This document shows, in pieces, positions 34,701-49,700 of a DNA stretch of 64,000 nucleotides. Each line of letters begins with the position of its first letter. The stretch's first letter is position 1. Both the position numbers and the translations under genes were made by a program. Under the pieces are notes generated by a model, which did not search any database, was not told where the DNA came from, and saw nothing but the letters and a program-made list of their open reading frames with translations. Source of the DNA: Amphiscolops sp. MND2022 (lineage: Eukaryota); contig OZ076418.1 of NCBI GenBank assembly GCA_964187785.1, forward strand, positions 27,094,001-27,158,000, in the 5' to 3' direction.

Positions 34701-37700
34701 CACTGAGTACACGAACATTGTAAACAAACTTGCGTCACATGCGAAAAAGTCACCACAGAATGTCTATCATGCATTTACAAAAGGTGTTCAACACAAACTC
34801 ACCTTCCTTTCAAGAACAACACCTGACATGGAAAACACACTGCAAAACACCGAATCTCTCTTAACGACGAAACTGATCCCTAACATCACCGGCCGTGGTC
34901 AGTTATCTATAGCATAACGTTCTCTTTTCTCCCTACCGCTCAGCAAAGGTGGGCTGAATATCCTTTCACCCGAAGACAGAAGAAACGATCTGCAGTGGTC
35001 AAAGGATGTTACTTCTCATCTAGATGAAGAGGATTTAACCACCGCTGAAGCGAAGCAACACTCAACAGTAAACATGATAAAGAAACAGAAGCAAGAAATT
35101 CAAAAAACTAAGCTTGAAGAAGTCAAATGCAACTTGAATGACGAATAACGACACGCAGTTACACTTGTTTCGGAAGAAGGAGCATCCAGCTGGCTAGCAG
35201 CCCTCCCACTGAAACGCTATGGTTTCACTCTTACGGAGTCTGAATTTCGGGACGGTCTTGCGCTGCGCTACGGTTGGGAGCCAAAGAACTTACCTGCAAA
35301 ATGCCCATGTGGTGAACCCTTCACTGTTGCCCATTCCCTACACTGCGGAAAAGGAGGCTACACTCACATGAGACATGACGAAATACGCGATACGTTCGCA
35401 AAGATAATGAAAGACGTTTGCTTCGACGTCGAGGTGGAGCCGAAACTTCAGAGGTTAGAAGGGGAATCCTTCGAATATAAATCAACTTGCACTGAAGATG
35501 AAGCTCGTCTCGATATCAGAGCAAATGGACTCTGGGATTCACGATTCTCGAGAACGTATTTTGACGTCAATATTTTTAACCCGCTGGCCAAGTCCTGTCC
35601 GAAAGAAGTAAAGGAAGCGTATAAATATCATGAAACTTTGAAAAGACTGATGTACGAACAGAGAATCCTTGATGTGGAAAACAGCTCATTCAATCCTCTT
35701 GTCTTCGCGTGTTCAGGAGGCGCAGGTCCTTCAGCCTCGAAAGTTATTTCCCGACTTGCTCTGAAGATCAGCGAAAAAGGACATGACAGCTACTCGGACG
35801 CCATAGGATACAGCAGGACGCAAATTAGCTTCGCTTTGCTACGCAGTTCCGTGCTATGCCTCAGAGGATCTCGATCTACTCGCCGTCAAACTGAGGAATC
35901 ATCTATCTCTGCAATGGTTGAAGAGGGAAGGTTGTCGTGACTTACCTCGACGATCCTAATCTGGTGATTCCTGCGATATATTTACAGCCGATGTTTTTTA
36001 AAATTATGATACGATGCCCTAATCTATAAATCTCTCCTCCACTTGATGTTCTTGGTGCTTGTTTCATTCAGGGGACCGTTTTTGACACTGTATGGAGGCT
36101 CTGCAGCTTGCAGTGATCTGGCACCTTGCCTATCTTTTTCTGACTGCCCATGCTTCAACTCGGGCTAATTCCATTTCATAAAGACCTTTTTAAAATGGTT
36201 CCAGTTCGCACGGTCCTTATTTTAATATTTTATTAAACAGTGTATTGGTATTCCAGATATGATTCTATTATTTAAACAAACACTGAATTATACCTTTATT
36301 AAAAACAAAATCATCTTGGTTTTAAAAACAAAGCAGTGTAATATTAATGAAGGATTAAAGCAGAAATAGTACTGTGCCCCGGAGAGGCCTATTTGTATGA
36401 ATGAGAGTCTTGAAATCAATTTTTTCTTTTGAAAGTCACTGAGGTAGCATCCTTTGTTAGGGAAGGGGCGGTGTCTTTTTGGTACGAAATACGATTTGGA
36501 AAAGCTTCAGTCTTGAAGGCCTTTGATAGATGATAAAAACCGTATTTCGCCTGATTTCTCTAAAATGAAAGTTTCAAAAAATGCTAAAATCGCTTCAAGA
36601 AAAGAATTGTATGTGTTATTAACAATATTCGCCCCATATTCAGTGATTGAACTACCATGCAAAATTTAACAAGCCGGGAACGGCCCAAGTCGGCGCCATA
36701 TCCAAGGCTCAAAAATAGCAAAAGGAATTGAAAGTATCAAGTATCCTCTTCTAAAGTACCCGCATGAGGAAAAAATTGAAAAAAAAACGTTTTTCAAAAT
36801 TTTTTTGGTCCGGTAAGTCGCATAGCGCCGAAAAATGTAAAAGGGGACCTCAAAAAAGCTTAATTAACCTCTATCTCAAGTGCCAGTAGAAGTAGTGTGG
36901 CATTTAGTGTTAGTTCAAGTCAGCTTATAAAGCTTATAAAATCTGTCACTTCGTTGGTCTTAAAAAAAAGTCACTGCTATAGTCTGCGTTTTTCTACGAA
37001 AAGCGCCGACTAAAAATTGGCAAAATCATATCTTGGACATTTAACAAACATGTATCAAAAACTGGTGAAAGCTAACAACATAGCCATATAGAGAATCTCT
37101 GTTGAACACGCCATTCACAGTCTACGTGAGACGTTCGAGCTGCCAGAGACAGAAGGGCTTCTCCTGATTGACGCCAAAAACGCGTTCAATGGTCTAAATA
37201 GGGATCTGGCCCTGAAAAATATACAGAAAACCTGTCCATCCATCATAACAGCGCTCCGAAACTCATATGGTTTACCTTCAAACCTTTACGTGAATGGGAA
37301 AACTCTCTTGTCGCAAGAAGGAACTACTCAAGGCGACCCTTTGGCTATGTCCATGTATGGCATTGCGCTTCTACCGTTAATGGACTTCGTGAACGAAGAA
37401 GGAGTGCTTCAAAAATGGTATGCTGACGATGGCAATGTAGCCGGTAGCATCGAATCGCTCCGAAATCTCTTCGAAAAACTGAAGCTCCACGGTCCCGCAT
37501 TTGGATACAACATCACTAAATGTCATCTCATCACGAAAGATTCCTCCATTGACAAAGCAAAAGAACTCTTTAAAGACGAGGATGTTGAACTAGTGGGAGG
37601 ACACCGTGTACTGGGGTCCGTTATTGGATCGTCCGAGGCCTGTCACGCTTTCCAGTCCTCCAAACTCACTGAGTACACGAACATTGTAAACAAACTTGCG

Positions 37701-40700
37701 TCACATGCGAAAAAGTCACCACAGAATGTCTATCATGCATTTACAAAAGGTGTTCAACACAAACTCACCTTCCTTTCAAGAACAACACCTGACATGGAAA
37801 ACACACTGCAAAACACCGAATCTCTCTTAACGACGAAACTGATCCCTAACATCACCGGCCGTGGTCAGTTATCTATAGCATAACGTTCTCTTTTCTCCCT
37901 ACCGCTCAGCAAAGGTGGGCTGAATATCCTTTCACCCGAAGACAGAAGAAACGATCTGCAGTGGTCAAAGGATGTTACTTCTCATCTAGATGAAGAGGAT
38001 TTAACCACCGCTGAAGCGAAGCAACACTCAACAGTAAACATGATAAAGAAACAGAAGCAAGAAATTCAAAAAACTAAGCTTGAAGAAGTCAAATGCAACT
38101 TGAATGACGAATAACGACACGCAGTTACACTTGTTTCGGAAGAAGGAGCATCCAGCTGGCTAGCAGCCCTCCCACTGAAACGCTATGGTTTCACTCTTAC
38201 GGAGTCTGAATTTCGGGACGGTCTTGCGCTGCGCTACGGTTGGGAGCCAAAGAACTTACCTGCAAAATGCCCATGTGGTGAACCCTTCACTGTTGCCCAT
38301 TCCCTACACTGCGGAAAAGGAGGCTACACTCACATGAGACATGACGAAATACGCGATACGTTCGCAAAGATAATGAAAGACGTTTGCTTCGACGTCGAGG
38401 TGGAGCCGAAACTTCAGAGGTTAGAAGGGGAATCCTTCGAATATAAATCAACTTGCACTGAAGATGAAGCTCGTCTCGATATCAGAGCAAATGGACTCTG
38501 GGATTCACGATTCTCGAGAACGTATTTTGACGTCAATATTTTTAACCCGCTGGCCAAGTCCTGTCCGAAAGAAGTAAAGGAAGCGTATAAATATCATGAA
38601 ACTTTGAAAAGACTGATGTACGAACAGAGAATCCTTGATGTGGAAAACAGCTCATTCAATCCTCTTGTCTTCGCGTGTTCAGGAGGCGCAGGTCCTTCAG
38701 CCTCGAAAGTTATTTCCCGACTTGCTCTGAAGATCAGCGAAAAAGGACATGACAGCTACTCGGACGCCATAGGATACAGCAGGACGCAAATTAGCTTCGC
38801 TTTGCTACGCAGTTCCGTGCTATGCCTCAGAGGATCTCGATCTACTCGCCGTCAAACTGAGGAATCATCTATCTCTGCAATGGTTGAAGAGGGAAGGTTG
38901 TCGTGACTTACCTCGACGATCCTAATCTGGTGATTCCTGCGATATATTTACAGCCGATGTTTTTTAAAATTATGATACGATGCCCTAATCTATAAATCTC
39001 TCCTCCACTTGATGTTCTTGGTGCTTGTTTCATTCAGGGGACCGTTTTTGACACTGTATGGAGGCTCTGCAGCTTGCAGTGATCTGGCACCTTGCCTATC
39101 TTTTTCTGACTGCCCATGCTTCAACTCGGGCTAATTCCATTTCATAAAGACCTTTTTAAAATGGTTCCAGTTCGCACGGTCCTTATTTTAATATTTTATT
39201 AAACAGTGTATTGGTATTCCAGATATGATTCTATTATTTAAACAAACACTGAATTATACCTTTATTAAAAACAAAATCATCTTGGTTTTAAAAACAAAGC
39301 AGTGTAATATTAATGAAGGATTAAAGCAGAAATAGTACTGTGCCCCGGAGAGGCCTATTTGTATGAATGAGAGTCTTGAAATCAATTTTTTCTTTTGAAA
39401 GTCACTGAGGTAGCATCCTTTGTTAGGGAAGGGGCGGTGTCTTTTTGGTACGAAATACGATTTGGAAAAGCTTCAGTCTTGAAGGCCTTTGATAGATGAT
39501 AAAAACCGTATTTCGCCTGATTTCTCTAAAATGAAAGTTTCAAAAAATGCTAAAATCGCTTCAAGAAAAGAATTGTATGTGTTATTAACAATATTCGCCC
39601 CATATTCAGTGATTGAACTACCATGCAAAATTTAACAAGCCGGGAACGGCCCAAGTCGGCGCCATATCCAAGGCTCAAAAATAGCAAAAGGAATTGAAAG
39701 TATCAAGTATCCTCTTCTAAAGTACCCGCATGAAGAAAAAATTGAAAAAAAAACGTTTTTCAAAATTTTTTTGGTCCGGTAAGTCGCATAGCGCCGAAAA
39801 ATGTAAAAGGGGACCTCAAAAAAGCTTAATTAACCTCTATCTCAAGTGCCAGTAGAAGTAGTGTGGCATTTAGTGTTAGTTCAAGTCAGCTTATAAAGCT
39901 TATAAAATCTGTCACTTCGTTGGTCTTAAAAAAAAGTCACTGCTATAGTCTGCGTTTTTCTACGAAAAGCGCCGACTAAAAATTGGCAAAATCATATCTT
40001 GGACATTTAACAAACATGTATCAAAAACTGGTGAAAGCTAACAACATAGCCATATAGAGAATCTCTGTTGAACAAAATGGTGTCTCACTGCCAATCGACA
40101 TTATCTACCAGACTCAACGTATATTGCACGAAAACAGTAGAATCAACAGACGAGATAGTCTTCAACCGATGAAGTTCCATTTTCTCAAGTTGAGTTGGAC
40201 CCCATGTTGAAAGTAAAAATGCCCAGAAGCTCACGCGAATAATTGCAATAAAATCGCATGTATTGGTCTTAAAGCAGCAAAGGAAAGCATTTCATTTCGA
40301 TTGATTTTTCATGTGGAATATTTCGAAGTCGAAAATTTTCTGTGTCGTTATTTTCGTCAGTTTAGCGCGACCTTTTTTGTCCAGTGCACTTTTACCATGA
40401 GTACTTAGTACTAAATTTTGAACACATTCAAACCCTCTTACATGAAATACAAAACCATTCCAGAACAGAATTTCCCCCTTTCGATTTTTTTCGACAATCT
40501 TCGATTTCCCCCTTTGTGAGACTTTTTTAATGAGAAATTTTTGAATGTATTTTTCAGAAACACTCTTTTTAGATTTTTCAGTACTATGAGACTGTTCAAA
40601 ATTCTCATTTTTCGTCGGATATTATGTTTTTTCAATATATATCCACCAATTATTTTTTCAATACTATCCGAATTGTTGACGTAGAATGTAAAGCACTATT

Positions 40701-43700
40701 ACCGAATTTTTGACGTTATATCTTAACTATATTGCGATTTACTAACGAGGAGGCGGAGGTTCTGAAACAAGGGCTCCCATTTGTCCCAGCACGCTCTATC
40801 CGAACTTCTGAAACGTTTCTCGAGCACGAAAGGCGCCCTTTGGGTGTTTCGGTACTTTTTGTGACTTTTCCATAAAAAAACGCCCTGAGCTTTTTTTAAA
40901 ACTTTTTGCTTTTTGAGCCCTAGGTGTAGCGCCGACGTGAGACGTTCCCGTCATTAAAGACCCAGCACCAACTAAAGTTTCGTAGTAGCTCAAAGTACTC
41001 GTTTCAGGAGTTGTTTTCCTTCTTCACTCGGGTCTTGCGAAGTATTGAAGATGTGAACAATTCAAACTACAAGCGATACTTTTATCTACTCGAGGTAAGC
41101 TGAATTTGACTTGCTTATGAATCGCCAAAACTCATTAGCTAGTGGTAGCATTGTAACTTTTCTGCTTTTCAGTGTCTGGGTTCGTCGAATTCATTTCTGT
41201 CTCTGACCAGATTGAAATGCTCAGAAACTGTCATCACGCTGACTGGGAAACTGTTTAATATGTTCTTTCACGTTGTAAAGTTAGTTCTAGTCTGTGATAG
41301 AAGAAAACTTCTCAAGAACGATACTTTAAAATGACTCGTCTATAAAACTCTCGCATTATCAAATGTGGAAATTGTGAGTTTCTCGCTATTAAATTTACCA
41401 CTGTCAATAACTATAAAGGCAATCGATGTCCTGTCCTTGTCCGCCAGGCTGATAATCGGAATTGGCCTGCGAAGTCTGATTTATACACTTCTGCAATACA
41501 GTGGAGGCCGCTTATATGGGACGCCTCGGGACCGGGTATTCTTGTCTGCTATATCCGTTGTCTCTTATTCCAGTAGTACAATATATTTGCTTTATTTCAG
41601 CGGGGACCAATTAAACGTTGTCTCATACTCGCGTCCCATTCAAGTGGAAGTCCCCTTCCACTGTTTGTTAATTTTCTCTGAAAATACTCTTGTTCGTACG
41701 TAAAAGTGTCTCAAAACTCACTGTGGTCTAAACAGGGATTGGGAATAATGTAATGCATTAACAATGAACCCTAGGCATTCATTAAATGTTAATTGACACC
41801 ACGCCCCATTTATTAAATGCAAGTAATGCATTAAATGAATATATTAATTTTTACTAAATCATTTAATGAAAACTTTAAAACAACGCGCCTGACTGTTCCT
41901 CCTTAAATGCTTGTCGAAAACTGTTAAGTTATCTGAAGCTTAATTAATGCAAGATCATTAACTTACCAATTACACAAAACTAAGTAAATCTATGTCTGCA
42001 GTTTTAATCATCTGATGATCACTGAGCTCTGCCAAGATGTTTTGAATCGTCTCCGGTCCCCAGAATTGACGATTGAAGTGAAGAAACAGCTGAGAATCTA
42101 AATTTTTAAAGTAAGGTAGCCTGTTCTTCACTCAATCCTTTTCCAGCTATTGAAGCAACAATGACATTTTCGAAGTCGGGTGATTGCACAACGGCGGCAT
42201 TATTTTGCAGGTAGTGAGAAATTTCAGGATATTTCGCTGAAAATGATAACAGACAATCAAACAATATTCGCGTCTGCAAGAGTAGTATTAGTTGCTGGGA
42301 GTTTTTTGCAAACTGAATCGAACGCGGTTAAATCAGAAATTAACTCACGCAAGCAGTTTTCTTGTCTAGGACTTGGGAGGAGAAGAATTAGATCACTGCA
42401 ACTGTGGTCGAGATATTCTTTTAATCGAAAGTACCGCTTCAACATTGCTAACGTTGAGGACCATCGTGTGACATTTCTTGTTTGAGGGCGCAAAGACGTT
42501 TTTGACCTTAACTTTCCTGACCGCTTGAGTGACTGCAATTTGACCATAAGTTTGTTGATAAGATCTATTTCTGTTTCAAATCCTGCGAACATTTGCTTCA
42601 ATGCCAAATTCAGTCTGTGACTGGCGCATCCAATCAGAGGTAAACCAAGCTTTTTCGAAATAGCTCGATTCAAATTTTCATTATCAGAAACCGTGAAACA
42701 ATTTTTTGTAGATACCAAGCACCCATGTAAGAGAATCTGACGATAAATGTGAATTTGACTTCATAACTGTGTGGTTATCGGGATGACACCTGCAGACAGG
42801 GCTTGTAGTTTCAGAATATTACGTAACGCACATATCCTAGATGTTCCCTCTGTTTTTACCACCGACCCTGTGTACAACAACCAGTACACGTATGGTGTCA
42901 CGGTATCCTCTTTGTCAACTCATGAAGAACAGCTTGACGTGTTTCGTTTCTCAAATACCAAAACGGCTATGTCTAGAAAGCATAACTAGAAAGCATCAGC
43001 AAACGTGACATTTATTTTTCAATAAATAATTATTTTACAAGCCCTGCCTGTGAATATGTTCTATCAGGTTTCCTTGTCCCCGTTTTGAATTTTCTTTTCG
43101 TTTAATTCCACATTTACATACGTAATCGTCAGTTGAATCGGCTTTGCCTTTGAAATAGAAATTTACTATATCTTTGTTAGATAACGGCATCCTTAACAAA
43201 CTGGCTATTTAATAACTGTGCTGTAATCCAATAATTCACATCCGGGAGCTGTAGACAGACTAGCTGCAGGCTCGCCTTAAACTATTCTAATTATGAAAAC
43301 CGCGGCGAGTTCATTCATCGTAAAAATGTTCGCATTTATTGAACTATTTGCATTTATTAAATGTTAATGAAAAGACGCCGTCATTCATCAAATGCAATTA
43401 ATATAATGACATTAAATGCAAACACATTAAATATTTCCCTATCCCTGGGTCTAAACAGAAAGCTTCCTTGTTTAAACTGACAGGATCGAACAGAGTTGCA
43501 GAGATTGATTTTTTATTAAAAAAATGACCGCAGTCAGTCTCGTGATTTAAAAATGCAACATTCATATAAGCATCGTGTTTGGCAAATGGTGTATGGTAAA
43601 CTTTCGAAAGGTTCCTGTCCTCAAAATGATTTTGACATTACTGGTGTGATATTTGTGAACAAGCGTATAGTGAATGTTTCCTGTACGTACGAATAGGGAA

Positions 43701-46700
43701 GAACACGCTGGTAAAGTGCGCAGTCTAATGTTGGACGTGATGACGTGTCTGTTGAACGAGCCAGTTTGTGTGAACAACGAGATCCTGGAACTCATTTACC
43801 AGCAGATGTTGCCGCCCTTCAAACACCAGAGACCCTGTGCCTACTCTCTGGCATCCGAACTGCTAAGGCTGTCTGCCAACAACATCGAGAACCACGTTCT
43901 TGCCGTTAGTATCCTCCTGTCACAATCCAGGCTTTTTTTTAATCTCCGTCACCTCAGCGTTTCGATGCATAGTAACTTCACATTTTTCAACCCATCTCAA
44001 ACCGTGTTTTGTTTTTTTTGTTAACAAAACGATGATTGTCATTTAAAATGACTTTAATTTTTGTAGTGTACGTTTTCAAACTCTGGCTCAGTCGACTACA
44101 TTTTCGAAATTTATTCTTGCTCCAAATGAGTCAGGCTAAAGTTCTGGACCCTGGCTATTGTTTTTTTTGTCTGGAAGTTTAGCCGTATTTATTATTTGAA
44201 TGCTTATTTCGTGCATGTTCATTCATCTCGTTATCTCGATGTTACGTCCATGCTGAGAAAAAGACATCATAAAGTTCTGGGAAGATGATTGCTGGTCACG
44301 ACTGGGGAGTGAATTTTTTTCATAGGAGTCCGGGATCTCAGTTACTTGGAAATAACTTTCAGTGTCTAAATGTAGTTACGGCTCACTTATATCGCTTCGC
44401 TACTGAAATTTGGGTCCTACCGATATCGCAGCTGATCAAGATTACGCTAGTATAATTTCTTGGAAGATCTAGATACATCTGATTGGGTTCAAACTAAACT
44501 AAATTGGTATTAAAGTTATCAACATTCGGTTTTCGGAATCATAGAAAAACACTGCCCTCAGTAATTTGTTAGTTAATTGAATATAATGCTTCCGAATCTC
44601 TAAATTCACCATTGTTGGAATTTGAGCAAGTCCTTCATCCCTATCTTAGTGGCATTGCCTTGTTCAATGACAAAAAAGAGCATTTGGCGGAGAAAGCAAA
44701 ACAAAAAAGAGTAGCGGTCAGTAGTCAGACCTTTGTGACCTTGAGCAAGTCCTTGAAACCACAGCTTCAATCCACTATTGCTTGACCATTTGGCTGCAAA
44801 TATGGTATCAAAGTATCCGAAAGGGTGCCGACTTAGAAAAACAACTGCTTATTTGGCGTCCACCCCGTGGAATTAGGAAAATAACCTCTCTTCTCCAGAT
44901 TATTTCGAAAATGAAGAAATGATTTTGTCGCCGCTATGTTCGTTCAGTTTTGATTATCCAATACTGAACTAACCTTCAAGGACAAAACCGTATCTCATAT
45001 TTCAAGTTTCTGCCATTATCTGGAATAGGGTATCAGACCACATTGTTGTTTTAGTTTTTCAACGAGGTTTTCACCAAAAACGAAGACATGCAGTTGTTGA
45101 ATGCCAAGTCTGGCTCCTCATCTAGCAATGGACACAAGCTGACTCTGCACAGAATATACGAACTGCTGGCCGAAGTATACAACAGTGCCCCCAGCACAAT
45201 ACTCTCTGTTTTGCCTCAACTGGAGATTCGGCTAAAGGTATTAATTTGATACAATAATAATACCTTCAGAAATACAAAAATGATAACCCTTTAACTTCAA
45301 AGCAAAAATGTTATACATTGCCGTATTTCTCTGAATACAATCCGCGTCTTTGTCTTTCTTTTAAGCTTAAGCCTTATATTCGATGACGTTTTTTCGGGTT
45401 ATAATATAACTTTAGTCGGTCGAAGTGACAAATATTTGTTGGAATCAAAGACTAGCTGACAGTGGTTATATAATCCTGAGCCTAAACAAGCCGTGAACTA
45501 CTTAACTCGGCGCCACATGTAAGGCTCAAAAATAGCAAAAGGACTTCAGTTCCAGTTAGGGCGTATCAAGCAGTCACTGCCCATTGCCCGCCTCTTGCAC
45601 GTCACGAATGATTGCGTTCCACTGGCGCCTGTTTCTTGCCGCGTCGCTGGCGACCGAGAACCATTCCGCGTCCCAGACTCCTTTATTCATTTTCACGGAT
45701 TTGAGGATGGAGCTAAGATCCGCTTTGAGTAGGTCTCGCCAGGTCCACTTCATGCCGCCCCTAGGGCGTTTCCAGTCGGGTCCCTTTACAAACTCTAGGG
45801 CGGAGTTTGGGAGAGTAGTGGGGTCATGGCGGAGTACATGACCAAGTCTTTTCAGTCTGCACTTCTGGATGGTCCTGGAGACGCTGCTATCGAGTTTAAA
45901 AATCCCACGGATGTCAGAAGACTTGGTAGGGCGACTTGGGCGGAGAATGGATCTGGCGCATGGATCTGGCGCAAAGCTGTCCAGTTTCTTAAAATCAGAT
46001 GTCTTGAGTGGCCACGTTTCACAGCAATACAGAAGGGAGCTCCGGATGCAAGCGTGGTAAACTTTTGATTTGATCGTGGTTGAAATATCGCGACTACGCC
46101 AGAATTTTATCAACTTTATCGCGCCGAGAGACTTCGCGCAACGGAGTTTATTTTCTCCTGTGATGTCGCCATTAAGATGTATCGATGAGCCAAGGTAGGT
46201 GTTTTTTTCTAGTCTTTCCAGTTGTTCGCCTGAGCAGGTGATATTGATATTGTGGTCAATGGAGCAGAATTTGGTCTTTGACGCGTTGATCTTCAAGCCG
46301 ACATTTTCGGCCGCATGGACAACACTATCGAGTAAGTGTTGAGCATCTTCGGTGTTGTTTTCCACAAGACAGATATCATGGGCGAAGTCAAGGTCCGGCA
46401 CGTACGTATCATCTAGACTAATACCATGCAATCCCTGACAAAGGGCGTTTTGCATGATCCAATCAAGCGCCAGGTTGAAAAAGAAATGGGGCAATTATTG
46501 AGCCCTGACGTACTCCGTTCGCTATTTCGAACTCGCGTGAGAGGGTGTTGTTTACGCGAACTTTGCTGGTTGTTTTAGCGTGCATGGTTCTTAGGATGTT
46601 ACTGATGATGGGGTCAAGACCGAGGTTCGACAGTATGGTCCAGATAGCTTCTCGGTTAATGCTGTTGAACGCCGCCTTGAAATCGATAAAGATAACGGTC

Positions 46701-49700
46701 CATCGACTGAACTGATATCGCTGTTCCAGTTTTTGGCGCAAGGTAAAGACCTGATCCCGGCAGCCGACACCCTTCTTAAAGCCGGCTTGGTTTATCCGGG
46801 CAGCTTTCGTGTAGGCCGGTTCCAAACGGTTTTTGATGACCGCTTCAAGAACCTTCAGGGCAATGGCGATCAAGTTGATTCCACGGTAGTTGGAACATTT
46901 CGCTTTGCCTCCCTTTTTATAGCACGAAATGATGACAGCTATGTTCCAATCATCTGGGATTTTCTGGTGTAACCAAATTAGGGCAAAGAGCTCTTGCAGC
47001 GGTTGGCATACTGATGGGGCACCACGGCGAAACAGCTCGCTGGGAAGGCCGTCAATACCTCCCGCTTTGTTGTTCTTGAGCTTGTTGAGAGCAAGTAGGA
47101 TTTCGTCGTAGAATGGGGGGTCCGAAGAAACACAGGATAATGGCCCTGCAGTTGGGGCTATGGGGACGCCATTGGCTGAGGGGATATTCAGCAAGTTCTG
47201 GAAATGATTTGCCCAAGTTTCGATTTTTTTTCGTCGGTGATATTGTGTCCACGTTCGTCTTTGAGTATATCGGTGGAAGTCGGACCGATGCCTGAGAGCT
47301 TCTTGACGAGAGAGTACATTTTGCGAGTGTCCCACTTTCATCCGCGGCGATGACTTCGTCTGCGAGCTCGGAGTAGTACCGTGTTTCTTCCGCGCGCCAT
47401 ACTTTATCTCCCGGCGAAGCTTAGCTTTACTCAATTTGGCTCTGGCTCTGCTGCGTTTGTCGATTAGTGCAAAAGTTTCGTGACCGATCCAAGGTTTATT
47501 TTGCTTTTTGGGCTCACCAAGTATCTTCTCAGCTGCAGTCTGCAGAGAACTCTTGATGTTGTTCCAGTGCTTATTGATGTCATCGGAACCATCTAGATCT
47601 CTAGACAAGTGAGTTCATTGTTGAAGCGCTGGGCGGTCTCAGCAGAATGCAGCGCTTGCACGTTATATCTAGTGGCACGCGTGGTGTTTGTGTATTTTTT
47701 GAGTTTGAGCCGTAAACTAGCAGTGACCATGCGATGATCGCTGTCGAGTACTGTGTTGAGAGGTGGCACGAGCATTCAGGACAGGGACCTCCAACGTCTG
47801 GAGATCATAATGAAGTCAGTTTGGTTGCGGGTGCGACCGTCAATGGATCTCCAAGTGTGAAGAAAATGGCGCTTCGTACAGAAGGTCGTATTAGCAAGGA
47901 TGAGGTCGTTTATGGTAGTGAAGCCGACAAGGAGATCACCGTTGGTGTTTCGCTCACCTACAGTATAGGTACCGACATGTTGTTTTTCAGAGGATTGTGG
48001 AGGGCCCATTTTTGCATTGAAATCATATAGTATCAATTACTATGGCAACCCCGTGCAGGCCGCGATTGTCTGGATAACCTGAATTGAAAAGTTTGTGGCT
48101 TGGCTTGGCGTTGGTGTTGCAGATGATTTCAGATGGGTCACCTTGAATCCTGGTTTCTTGGATACATGCAATACTGATGTTGTGGTTACTGAGACTGTCC
48201 ACTAGTAGTTTTCTGGACTCCGGTTGAATGAGAGTGCGGACATTCCACGTGGCAAAGATGAAGGGTGATTTTGGTAAAATGAGTGGGGAGTTTGTCGGCT
48301 TCGTTTTGGCATCGGGTGCGACATGGTCCGATGTCCCAGTTCCCGCTGGGCGCGTAGCTTCTTTGTAATCTTTATTTCGTGTGCGCATAGAGGTTTCTTG
48401 GCTGATATTTACAGGGCTCGTCACACTCCAACACTCCTCCTTTACCCGGTCTTGTGACCGGCAGGTAGCTCCGGTGAAACCTAAAAAGGTATCGTTGGAG
48501 TTTCCCTGGCGGATTTAGTTTCCCTGGCGGATTTAGTTTCCCTGGCGGAGTTAATTTCCCTGGCGGAGTTTGTTTCCCTGGCGGAGTTGGGAACCCAAAA
48601 GTTGGACCGAATTGACGCGCTAAAGCGGGCTAAAATCCTTTCGGATTTTTCAACATCCATTCTGTTGCAAGACATCAAAAAATTAAGGGGGCCCTTTGAG
48701 GGAAAAGTAATTTTCGAAAAAAAGTTAGGGTGCCTTAAATTGAAAGGGGTCCTTTTAGTCTCGACCGGTATTGTATCTTACGCTAAAAAAGGAAGCACTT
48801 TCATATTTTAGTTCCTTGTGCCAAATGATCCAGTTTGGCACTTTAAAGTTTCGTAGAACTTTGTAGAACTATTTGGTCAGTTCGTGTGGATTGAAAAAAG
48901 TCACTAGTATAGACGCGTTTCACTTCATAAAGCTCCGACTAAAAGGGGCGTTGTTGCGCCGATATCCGATATATGCTGTTCGCGTCGTGTTTCAATTAAT
49001 TCAGCGTCTTTTATTCAAACACCAGCAAAAACTACCAAGAAAGCACAGCACGTTCATCCCAAAGAGATTTACCTGGCGGTGTATTGTATAAAGGGATAGG
49101 GATATGCGGCGGAAATGCGGAACAAATAAATACCGTAACGATGTTAACAGCAGTTTTTAGTCGGCGCATTTTCCTTTAAGGAAAAAAACCCGACTATTAC
49201 AGTTGCTAGTTTTTTTTCTTTTTTTTCGTCAGACCACAGAGCTCATCGCGTATGTACCACTTTTTACAGAAACTGATAAGTTCACTCAGGCCAGTTCGAC
49301 CAATGCAAACTTACTGCAAAGGGTCCCCCCTTTCGTTTTTTACCTTTTTAACGTAACCTACAAAACCGGAAGACTCCAAAGGGTCCCCCCTTTCAATTTT
49401 TTTTCGGCACTGTGCGAATTTTTTTTTCGAAAATTTTTAATTTTTCAAAAGAGTCCCCCCTTCGGATTTTCTGATATTTTGCAACAAAAAGTGTGTTAAT
49501 GAATCCCAAAGGGTCCCCCTTTTCATTTTTCGGCACTATGCGACGTTTTCGAAGTTTTTTCAAAAAAAAATTTCAAAAAAATTTTTTTCAAAAAATTTTT
49601 CAATTTTTTTTGTTCCCAGTCGAGTCGGGAAAAGTGATTATCCAGTCATATCGAGCATGAAAGGCACACTTTGGGTGTCTCGAAAGTGTTTTCAAAGCTT

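Noticed and set aside
48499-48590. 18-bp repeats as a CRISPR array or SARET repeat protein
   Set aside because: No spacers; lies inside a non-autonomous repeat.
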